NCBI GenBank assembly: GCA_964443965.1
Contig: CAYUFN010000003.1
Coordinates: 1-45,409, forward strand
DNA: 45,409 nt
Origin: an uncultured Hyphomonas sp.
Lineage (GTDB): Bacteria > Pseudomonadota > Alphaproteobacteria > Caulobacterales > Hyphomonadaceae
Direction of reading: 5' to 3'
Part shown: in pieces, positions 27,347-35,163 of the stretch
Layout of the letters: each line of letters starts with the position of its first letter
Position numbering within the stretch: the stretch's first letter is position 1
Position numbers and translations under genes: made by a program
The notes under the pieces: generated by a model
The model's input: only the letters and a program-made list of their open reading frames with translations
The model's database searches: none
What the model was told of the DNA's origin: nothing

Positions 27347-28171
27347 ATGCCAACTTCCCGTATTTCCGCTCGCTTCGAAAAAGTACAGTCAGAAAGTCGC
27401 GCGGCGCTTGTATCCTATCTCATGGCGGGTGACCCTGATCTGGAAACCTCTTTTGAGGCGATGTGTGCGTTACGCGATAATGGCGCGGATATTATCGAGC
27501 TTGGCGCGCCCTTTACCGACCCTATGGCCGATGGTGCCAGTATTCAGCTGGCAGGTCAGCGCAGCCTGAAGGCGGGTACAAAGCTGGCTGATGTGTTCAG
27601 CCTGGCAGCCCGCTTTCGCGAAACTGATACCGAAACCCCCCTTATTCTCATGGGGTATGCTAATCCGGTTCATGCAATGGGTTATGCAGCGTTCGCAAGT
27701 GCAGCCGCGGGCGCGGGTATTGACGGAACGATTATTGTGGACTTGCCACCTGAAGAGGATATGCCTCTTCGTGCAGCTTACAGGCAATACGGTCTCTCGG
27801 TTATTCGTTTGGCGACACCGACAACTAATAAAGCGCGTATGAAGACCGTTGCTGATGGGGCCTCCGGTTTTTTATATTTTGTCGCGGTGACAGGTGTCAC
27901 CGGTGCTGGATCAGCTGATCCCCAAGCGATAAAAGCGAATGTGGACATGGCGCGAAGCGTATCTGGCTTGCCAATTTGCGTTGGCTTTGGGGTGCGCACA
28001 GGTGAGCAGGCGGCGGCCATGGCTGAAATTGCTGATGGGGTTGTCGTGGGTTCTGCTTTTGTTGACCACGCTGCCAAAGCAGCCGAATCTGGCAATGGCG
28101 CAAATGTAGCAAAAGGCATGGGCCATTTGGCGAAAGAGCTGAGTACGGCTATAAAGTCAGCAAAGCGATAA
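27347..28171 (+). CDS. trpA: tryptophan synthase alpha chain
   Basis: ALVSYLMAGDP, IELGAPFTDPMADG, GFLYFVAVTGVTG and VGFGV motifs. Confidence 0.95.
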   Translation: MPTSRISARFEKVQSESRAALVSYLMAGDPDLETSFEAMCALRDNGADIIELGAPFTDPMADGASIQLAGQRSLKAGTKLADVFSLAARFRETDTETPLILMGYANPVHAMGYAAFASAAAGAGIDGTIIVDLPPEEDMPLRAAYRQYGLSVIRLATPTTNKARMKTVADGASGFLYFVAVTGVTGAGSADPQAIKANVDMARSVSGLPICVGFGVRTGEQAAAMAEIADGVVVGSAFVDHAAKAAESGNGANVAKGMGHLAKELSTAIKSAKR

Positions 28172-28202
28172 ACTGTCCTGTGAGAATGGATTGGAACGGT
28201 AA

Positions 28203-28346
28203 ATGAGATTTGCGCTATTCAAATACGGATTTAAGGCTGGTTTTAGGGATGTGACTGATAAGCAGCTCCAGAAAGCGGCCTTTGCGGGCACCCTGATCGG
28301 TTGTGCCGTGACATTGATCGTGTTTACCACTAAAGCGGGCCTTTAA
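28203..28346 (+). CDS. candidate 47-aa small membrane protein (not in ORF track, unverified)
   Basis: ATG at 28203 to TAA at 28344..28346 translates MRFALFKYGFKAGFRDVTDKQLQKAAFAGTLIGCAVTLIVFTTKAGL, an amphipathic basic N-terminus followed by one hydrophobic helix. It fills most of the 215-nt trpA-accD spacer. The Shine-Dalgarno is weak. Confidence 0.25.
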   Translation: MRFALFKYGFKAGFRDVTDKQLQKAAFAGTLIGCAVTLIVFTTKAGL

Positions 28347-28386
28347 AGGCTGGTACTAAAGGCGACTCTAGGAGTTTCAGAACGAG

Positions 28387-29367
28387 ATGAATTGGCTTTC
28401 AAATATTCGCCCGCCGGGTTTGAAAAACCTACTTGGTAAGCGTGACACGCCTAGCGACCTCTGGGTGAAGTGTCCTAAAAGTGGTGAACTTGTCTATAAA
28501 ACCGATCTTGAGGAAAACTGGTGGGTAACGCCTGCGGGCGCACATATGCGCATCTCTCCACGTAATCGGTTTCGGCTTTTGTTTGATCAGCAACGCTGGG
28601 AAGCCATCGCGCTCCCGCCTGCCCCACGCGATCCTTTAAAGTTTAAAGACGATAAAACATATACAGCGCGTCTGAAGGCAGCGAAAGCCAAAATTGATGG
28701 CCGTGAAAGAGTCGAAAAAGACTATGGTGGCGACACGATACGTCAGGATGACTGCATGGCGGCTGCTTTTGGTAAGGTAAATGGCTCTCCGGCTGTGATC
28801 CTTGTACAGGACTTTGCCTTTATGGGGGGCTCACTAGGTATGGCTGCCGGTGAAGCTTTTGTGGCAGCAGCGCAGATGGCCGTGGCCAAGAAAGCTGCTT
28901 TTATTATTGCAACTGCCTCCGGCGGGGCACGTATGCAGGAGGGCACGCTCTCCTTGATGCAGATGCCGCGTACAACTTTAGCAATTCAGGAAGTGCGTGA
29001 GGCTGGTTTGCCATATATTGTGCTTCTTACCGATCCAACCTCTGGGGGGGTCTCTGCCTCATATGCCATGCTTGGGGACGTACATATTGCCGAACCAGGT
29101 GCGATGATCGCGTTTTCAGGGCCGCGAGTGATTGAGCAAACTATCCGCGAAAAATTGCCCGATGGTTTCCAGCGCTCTGAATTTCTGCGCGAAAAAGGTG
29201 TCGTTGATATTGTATCAGACCGACGCGAGCTAAAAGATGTTATTGGGCGCGTAATTGGGCACTTGATGCCCAAGAAACGCCGGAAGGCTGATAGTATTGG
29301 TACCGACATTGTTGCTCCGCCCAGCATGCCTGATGCGGCGCCTCCAGATGGGGATACGCCTGCTTGA
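28387..29367 (+). CDS. accD: acetyl-CoA carboxylase carboxyltransferase beta subunit
   Basis: LWVKCPKSGELVY N-terminus, the FAFMGGSLGMAAGE carboxyltransferase motif and SGGARMQEG. Confidence 0.95.
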   Translation: MNWLSNIRPPGLKNLLGKRDTPSDLWVKCPKSGELVYKTDLEENWWVTPAGAHMRISPRNRFRLLFDQQRWEAIALPPAPRDPLKFKDDKTYTARLKAAKAKIDGRERVEKDYGGDTIRQDDCMAAAFGKVNGSPAVILVQDFAFMGGSLGMAAGEAFVAAAQMAVAKKAAFIIATASGGARMQEGTLSLMQMPRTTLAIQEVREAGLPYIVLLTDPTSGGVSASYAMLGDVHIAEPGAMIAFSGPRVIEQTIREKLPDGFQRSEFLREKGVVDIVSDRRELKDVIGRVIGHLMPKKRRKADSIGTDIVAPPSMPDAAPPDGDTPA

Positions 29368-30617
29368 GCCGCGCATCCGCTGAGCTGGAAGCAGCACTTA
29401 AACGGTTCGAAACGCTCTACCCAAATAAAATAGACCTTTCTCTTGAGCGGATTACGGCCGTGCTGGAAACACTGGGTCGTCCGCAGGATAAGCTACCGCC
29501 TGTTATTCATGTTGCTGGTACAAATGGTAAAGGGTCGACGTGTGCATTTATGCGGGCAATGGCCGAAGCTGCGGGTTTAAAAACACACGTGGCCATTTCT
29601 CCCCACCTTGTGAGATTTAACGAGCGTGTCCGCCTTGCAGGCAAGCTCGTTGAGGATCAGCCGATGATTGGTTGGCTGGATCGCGTTTATGCAGCTGTTG
29701 GCCCCTCAGGTCAGATCACACATTTTGAGGCCGCCATGACGGCAGCTTTTCTGGCGTTTAGTGAGATTGAAGCAGACTTGTTAATTTTAGAAACGGGTCT
29801 TGGTGGCCGCTTTGATGCCAGTAATGTTGTTGATCGACCAGCTGTGAGTGTTATCACGCCAGTTGATTATGATCATAAAGCCTATCTTGGGAATGATCTG
29901 TCTCGCATTGCCTGGGAAAAGGCAGGGATCATTAAGCAAGGATGCCCTGTCGTATCAGCGCAACAAAGCTTTGTGCCGTCAGGTGTTATTGCTGAAGAGG
30001 CTTTTGCGCTCAATGCGCCACTAACCGTCCTGACGCCTGCAGACATTGAAAACGCCCCAAAAGAGCGTGCTCTGATTGGATGGCATCAAGCCGAAAATGC
30101 GGCGCTTGCCGCAAAAGCGCTCGGGGTCTGGGGAGATAAGCGGGTGACTGCCAGTGCGATTGAGGAAGGTGCACGGCGCGCGGTTTGGCCGGGGCGTATG
30201 CAAAAGCTGGAAGCAGGTCCCGTCACAGCATTTTCGCCAGGTAAAGAGGTTTGGCTTGATGGCGGGCATAATCCGCATGCGGCCAGAGCGGTTGCAGCCT
30301 ATCTTGAAAGCCTTCCCGGTGAGACGGTTCTTATTAGTGCAATGATGGCGGGTAAGGACGCGGTTGGTTTTTTTAAAAGCTTTTCCCGGCTCAACTGTAA
30401 GGTCATAACGTGCCCGAATGCAGGCGGGCATAACGGCGCTGATCCTGCCCTGTTAGCGGAGGCGGCGCTAGAGGCCGGCCTTGAAGCCGTCGCGTGTCAA
30501 ACCTTTAAAGGTGCGATGCAAATCGCAAACCTAACGACCACTTTGCGCATCCTTATTTGTGGTTCGCTCTATCTTGCTGGAGATGTGCTGGCGCTCAATG
30601 AGCAATTACCTGATTAA
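29364..30617 (+). CDS. folC: bifunctional folylpolyglutamate synthase / dihydrofolate synthase
   Basis: HVAGTNGKGST P-loop, ETGLGGRFDA and DGGHNPHA motifs. The TTG start overlaps the accD TGA (TTGA junction). Confidence 0.92.
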   Translation: MSRASAELEAALKRFETLYPNKIDLSLERITAVLETLGRPQDKLPPVIHVAGTNGKGSTCAFMRAMAEAAGLKTHVAISPHLVRFNERVRLAGKLVEDQPMIGWLDRVYAAVGPSGQITHFEAAMTAAFLAFSEIEADLLILETGLGGRFDASNVVDRPAVSVITPVDYDHKAYLGNDLSRIAWEKAGIIKQGCPVVSAQQSFVPSGVIAEEAFALNAPLTVLTPADIENAPKERALIGWHQAENAALAAKALGVWGDKRVTASAIEEGARRAVWPGRMQKLEAGPVTAFSPGKEVWLDGGHNPHAARAVAAYLESLPGETVLISAMMAGKDAVGFFKSFSRLNCKVITCPNAGGHNGADPALLAEAALEAGLEAVACQTFKGAMQIANLTTTLRILICGSLYLAGDVLALNEQLPD

Positions 30618-30717
30618 AGCAAGTTTCACTTATTTTCTTTAATATAAATCTACCTGAATGATCTATTTATTGGCGGCGGTTGAGAGCTGGCGTGAGTGCT
30701 GCGGAAAGTGGGAATAG

Positions 30718-32109
30718 ATGTATTTTCGACAAAATGATGAGGGTAATGTTGCAATGATGATTGCTTTATCATTGCTGCCAATCATGATGCTGATTGTTTT
30801 GGCCGTTGAATTTAGTCGTCAGCAGGTCAATGAAAGAGAAGCGTCAGCATCCCTGGATGCAACAGTCCTTGCCGTTGCGATTGAACAGGCTCGAAATGGC
30901 GGTACTGCCGCTGACTTACAGACTTATGCGCAGGCTTACTTCGATAGCAATATTCCTGCGCAGGCAGGCGTAACGTATGAGCCACTTGCATTATCGATGA
31001 CTGGTGACCAGGAAATTACATTAGAATTGGTCGGCCGTATGCCTTCAGCAATGCTTGGAATATTCGGCGCCGAAAAGTTGGAATATTTTCTGGAAACATC
31101 TGCTGTTGCAGGCGATCCACCAGAGCTGGAGATAATGCTCGTTGTTGATGTGTCAAATTCCATGTCCGGTCCGCGGATTACTGCATTGCGTAATGCGGTG
31201 GATGCAATGGTTGATGAAGTGATTGACCCTGAAAATGAACTTATTCGCGTAGGGATGGTACCCTTCAATAATTACGTCAACGTTGGTGTTTCTAACAGAA
31301 ATGCCTCATGGCTAGATGCACCAGATGATAGAGTAACAGAAGTTGAAAGCTGCCCGATAGATTTCACCGCATCAGAAGGTGCAGGGTGTAGCTTTCGAAC
31401 AGTTTGCACTCAGGATGGACAGTTTGGAAACGGCAGCGAAGGCTGTGTCACGGAAACATCATGCTCATCTGGGGGAGACCCTATCATGCAGCCTTGCACA
31501 ACCATAGAGATTGAACGATCTTGGCTTGGCTGTGTCGGGTCTAGAGAGGCCCCCTTGAATATCACCGATAACGATTTCGCCAGCAACCCAGTTCCAGGTA
31601 TTAATTCGCGTTCAAATCAGGAATGCCAAGATGGAAATGAAATCCTGCCATTAACACATGAAGCTTCAGATATTAAATCAGCAGCAGCACAATTAGAGCC
31701 CAACGGGTTCACTTACATAGCGCCAGGAATTGTTTGGGGTCTTAGGGCGCTATCACAGGATGCTCCGTTTGACACAGCTAAAATTGGTAACCCTAAAGAT
31801 GGACAGATCATGATTGTTCTTTCTGATGGTGCCAATACACGCTCAAAGAACATAGATGGTGTTCGCCACGAGGGAAGTGATCTTGCGGCTGCTAATTTGG
31901 ATACGCTTGCTGCTTGCGATGAGGCGAAGGATGCCAAGGTTGAAGTTTTTACAATTGATTTTGGTATCAGTGACCCAGTGACCGAAGCCTTGCTAAGGGA
32001 TTGCGCGACAAGCCCTGAGCATGCATTTGAAGCTGATACGGCAAACCAACTTGTCTCGGTATTTCGCGCGATCTCCGGACAGTTCAGCGAAGTGAGACTC
32101 TCCAACTAA
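30718..32109 (+). CDS. TadG/TadE-like N-terminal domain protein with vWA domain
   Basis: N-terminus EGNVAMMIALSLLPIMMLIVLAVEFSR is typical of TadG-like pseudopilin-type proteins. LVVDVSNSMSG is a vWA MIDAS (DxSxS) motif. A Cys-rich insert lies between the vWA halves. Confidence 0.8.
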   Translation: MYFRQNDEGNVAMMIALSLLPIMMLIVLAVEFSRQQVNEREASASLDATVLAVAIEQARNGGTAADLQTYAQAYFDSNIPAQAGVTYEPLALSMTGDQEITLELVGRMPSAMLGIFGAEKLEYFLETSAVAGDPPELEIMLVVDVSNSMSGPRITALRNAVDAMVDEVIDPENELIRVGMVPFNNYVNVGVSNRNASWLDAPDDRVTEVESCPIDFTASEGAGCSFRTVCTQDGQFGNGSEGCVTETSCSSGGDPIMQPCTTIEIERSWLGCVGSREAPLNITDNDFASNPVPGINSRSNQECQDGNEILPLTHEASDIKSAAAQLEPNGFTYIAPGIVWGLRALSQDAPFDTAKIGNPKDGQIMIVLSDGANTRSKNIDGVRHEGSDLAAANLDTLAACDEAKDAKVEVFTIDFGISDPVTEALLRDCATSPEHAFEADTANQLVSVFRAISGQFSEVRLSN

Positions 32110-32129
32110 GATTGCACGGTGAGCGGGCA

Positions 32130-32795
32130 CTAGGCTGATGTGAGCATTGCCTTTACGTGTTTGAGTAGATCGTCAAACATTTTAGTTGTCAGGCGTTTTG
32201 TATTCACATTATAGCGGGAGCAGTGGTAGGAAGCGATTAGTTGTATTGAGCGACCATTAAATACTGTCTTTGCTTCTGCGCCATGCCCGAACGGAACTGC
32301 CTTCAGTTTTAACGCTAAAGCGCGCAGGGTTGCCTCATGCGCGACACGGCCAAGCGTTAAAATTAGTTTTAAATTTGGCAGCGCCTGAATTCTCGCTTTT
32401 AAGTAGGGTTGGCAATTTCTTATCTCATCTGCGATCGGCTTGTTCTGTGGGGGAACGCACCTCAGAGCATTTGTGATCATTACATTGTGTAGTTGAAAAT
32501 CATCCCGCGCATCAGCGCTATAGGTGCCGCTTGTGAGATTTTGCATCGTAAGGGCCTGGTAAAGGAAGGTGCCAGATGCGTCGCCTGTAAATGTACGCCC
32601 AGTACGGTGCGCGCCGCGCAAGCCAGGCGCAAGACCAACAATAAGAAGCTCGCCAGCTTCATCCCCAAAGGAGGGCACTGCGCCATTGTACCAATCAGGT
32701 TCTTTTTGATACGTTTCCTTGCGAAGAGCAACAAGCCGAGGACAACGCCTGCAAGCCTTGGCAGGTTCAGGTGGAGCGGGGTGAGCAGGCATCAT
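32130..32795 (-). CDS. uracil-DNA glycosylase superfamily protein, family 5 (UdgB)-like, 4Fe-4S type
   Basis: GLAPGLRGAHRTGRTFTGD resembles the family-5 motif A (GLAPA..G.NRTGR.FTGD) and SYHCSRYN resembles motif B. Four Cys (CRRC, RCVPP, NCQPY) could ligate a 4Fe-4S cluster. Confidence 0.8.
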   Translation of the reverse strand: MMPAHPAPPEPAKACRRCPRLVALRKETYQKEPDWYNGAVPSFGDEAGELLIVGLAPGLRGAHRTGRTFTGDASGTFLYQALTMQNLTSGTYSADARDDFQLHNVMITNALRCVPPQNKPIADEIRNCQPYLKARIQALPNLKLILTLGRVAHEATLRALALKLKAVPFGHGAEAKTVFNGRSIQLIASYHCSRYNVNTKRLTTKMFDDLLKHVKAMLTSA

Positions 32796-32828
32796 ACAGC
32801 CCTAAGACACTCGCCTACTAACTGCAAG

Positions 32829-33116
32829 CTATCCAGCCTTCATATTATGGATAGTGGAGACAAGATCACCTATTGTTTTCATCTCGCTGATCATTTCCAT
32901 CGGGAAGGCAATTTCGTAAGCGTCTTCAACTTCCATGACAAGATCAAAGATTGCAACAGAATCTACTTCTAAGTCTGTAATAATGTTTGTATCCGTGCGC
33001 ATGATAATGTCGTGGCGATTAAATGGTGTCAGCAGGTTGCAGATTTTCTGTAGCACCGGATCCTGATCGGATGTAGCGAGTGTTAGTGGTTGAATGGCAG
33101 TTGATAGATGCGGCAT
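32829..33116 (-). CDS. orphan acyl/peptidyl carrier protein-like protein
   Basis: ITDLEVDSVAIFDLVMEVEDAYEIAFP...TIGDLVSTI matches the carrier-protein helix II region, with the phosphopantetheine Ser in DSV. The stop lies 33 nt upstream of the UDG start on the same strand. Confidence 0.7.
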   Translation of the reverse strand: MPHLSTAIQPLTLATSDQDPVLQKICNLLTPFNRHDIIMRTDTNIITDLEVDSVAIFDLVMEVEDAYEIAFPMEMISEMKTIGDLVSTIHNMKAG

Positions 33117-33287
33117 AGCCCGAGATCCTTGTAGTCAAACCCAAGCTTATGGTTTACAGTGAAGATATAAAATGTAAACACGATGACTGAATTACATAAA
33201 TGTTAACCCTTATTCGCGGCACTCCTCTATAGACCGTGCGGGCCCTGCCCATTAAGAACAATTGTTCTGGCTACAGGAGTAAGTGCT

Positions 33288-34712
33288 TTGACGATATCCA
33301 CCATAACACGAATATCCCCCTTCTTGCTGTCCGCAGTGATGCTAATAGCTTCACCTGTATTTGCGCAGGAGGCGACACTATCACCCAGCATCGTGAAAGG
33401 TGCTGAAGGCCTGATAGAGCGCGGCTTAAAGGATCAAGTCGGACTACAGTTTGTTGAGGACCTGACAACCGAGATTGGTCCACGCCTGGCGGGATCTGAT
33501 GCTGAGGCAAGAGCACGTGATTGGGCGGTTGCCGAGCTGAAAGCGCTTGGCTTTTCCAATGTACGCGTTGATAACTTCACTATACCCTTCTGGAGTCGTG
33601 TTAAAGAAAGCGCGCATGTCGTTTCTCCTGCACCGCAAAACCTTGCCATCACCATGCTTGGTGGGTCTCGTTCAACACCTGAAGGTGGGATTACAGCTGA
33701 AATTGTTCGCTTTGCGTCCCTTGCTGCATTACGTAGCGCGGCCTCGGAACAAATTTCCGGGAAGATTGTGTTCCTGGATGAACGCATGACACGCACGCAA
33801 GATGGTTCAGGCTATGGTCCGGCTGTGGCTAAACGGCGTAATTGTACGGCTATCACGATTGAACTTGGCGGTGCGGCTTGCTTGATCAGGTCTGTTGGGA
33901 CAGATGATCACCGCTTTCCGCACACAGGAATGATGGCGCGTGGAGAGGCCATTGGGGCTGGGCCCGGCGCGGCTCTTTCGGCGCCAGATGCTGACCAGTT
34001 GGCTCGTTTGCTGGCGCGTGGTCCGGTCATGGTTAATCTTGATCTTTCTGTTGAAACGCGTCCATCAGCACCTTCAGGCAATGTGATTGCTGAAATCCCC
34101 GGACGCGGCGCGCAGGCTGATGAAATTATACTTCTTGGGTGTCACCTTGATAGCTGGGACCTTGGTACGGGCGCAATTGATGATGGCGCAGGCTGTGGTA
34201 TTGTTGTCGGTGCGGCCAAGCTGATTGGGGATATGCCCGGGCGTACAAGGCGCACGATCCGGGTTGTTCTCTACGGTGCAGAAGAAGTGGGCTTATTGGG
34301 CGGGACTGCCTATGCAGAGGCGCATGCTGATGAGCTAAACAAACATGTTTTGGCCTCGGAGTCTGACTTTGGTGCAGACAAAATTTGGCAGTTTCAAACA
34401 AATTTTGGAAGCGGTGCGCTTGGCTACGCTGGTGCGATGCAGGCTCAACTTACTTCGCTAGGCATTAATGCCGGGGATAATAATGCATCTGGTGGCCCTG
34501 ATATTGGTGTGTTGCGCCGGGCAGGTGTACCGGTTGTCACGCCACGTCAGAACGGACTGGACTATTTTGACCTCCACCACACACCAGATGATACGTTCGA
34601 TAAGATTGAGCCGGAGGCATTTCGTCAAAATGTCGCTGCGTACGCTGCATTTGCATGGATTGCTTCAGAGACGGGCTGGGATTTCCGTAAAACCGCAGCT
34701 GAAGAAGACTAG
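33288..34712 (+). CDS. secreted M28-family zinc aminopeptidase (PA-domain type)
   Basis: Signal peptide ...MLIASPVFA|QE (TTG start). Metal ligand motifs are LGCHLDSWDLGTGAIDDGAG, GAEEVGLLG and DLHHTPDD. Confidence 0.85.
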   Translation: MTISTITRISPFLLSAVMLIASPVFAQEATLSPSIVKGAEGLIERGLKDQVGLQFVEDLTTEIGPRLAGSDAEARARDWAVAELKALGFSNVRVDNFTIPFWSRVKESAHVVSPAPQNLAITMLGGSRSTPEGGITAEIVRFASLAALRSAASEQISGKIVFLDERMTRTQDGSGYGPAVAKRRNCTAITIELGGAACLIRSVGTDDHRFPHTGMMARGEAIGAGPGAALSAPDADQLARLLARGPVMVNLDLSVETRPSAPSGNVIAEIPGRGAQADEIILLGCHLDSWDLGTGAIDDGAGCGIVVGAAKLIGDMPGRTRRTIRVVLYGAEEVGLLGGTAYAEAHADELNKHVLASESDFGADKIWQFQTNFGSGALGYAGAMQAQLTSLGINAGDNNASGGPDIGVLRRAGVPVVTPRQNGLDYFDLHHTPDDTFDKIEPEAFRQNVAAYAAFAWIASETGWDFRKTAAEED

Positions 34713-34738
34713 GTGCTCTATTATTTGCACAGTCATAA

Positions 34739-34766
34739 AACCCCTCTTGTTTGGGCAAGAGGGGTT
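34739..34766. terminator. rho-independent terminator between convergent M28 peptidase and trxA
   Basis: AACCCCTCTTG / CAAGAGGGGTT forms a perfect 11-bp stem with loop TTTGGG. The minus strand continues with TTTTAT, which best fits trxA; the plus-strand tail is weaker. Confidence 0.8.
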
Positions 34767-34789
34767 CCTTCATTCGTATCACGGCGTCT

Positions 34790-35107
34790 TTAGGCGTTTT
34801 CAGACACCCAATCAGTGATGCGCTGCTTCGACATTGCGCCCAGCTGTGTGGCAACAACCTTGCCATCCTTAAACATCATAAGTGTTGGCAGGCCACGCAC
34901 ACCGTATTTAGACCCAGCCATTGGGTGATCTTCAACATTGATCTTTACAATCTTGACCTTGCCGGACAGTTCGTCAGAGACAGCTTCCAGATGTGGTGCC
35001 ATTTGCTTACAAGGGCCACACCATTCTGCCCAAAAGTCCACAACAACAGGAATATCGCTCTGTATTTCGGCGTCAAAATTATCATCAGTGATTTCTATGG
35101 CGGCCAT
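34790..35107 (-). CDS. trxA: thioredoxin
   Basis: 105 aa with the WAEWCGPCK active site. Confidence 0.96.
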   Translation of the reverse strand: MAAIEITDDNFDAEIQSDIPVVVDFWAEWCGPCKQMAPHLEAVSDELSGKVKIVKINVEDHPMAGSKYGVRGLPTLMMFKDGKVVATQLGAMSKQRITDWVSENA

Positions 35108-35163
35108 TTCTGCCTCCTTCTTTAACTGTTCAGATCACTAGATAGTCGAGATGATTGTATTTT

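Noticed and set aside
34751-35141. Plus-strand ORFs overlapping trxA (34751..35125, 34938..35141)
   Set aside because: They are antisense to an unmistakable thioredoxin (WCGPC) gene.
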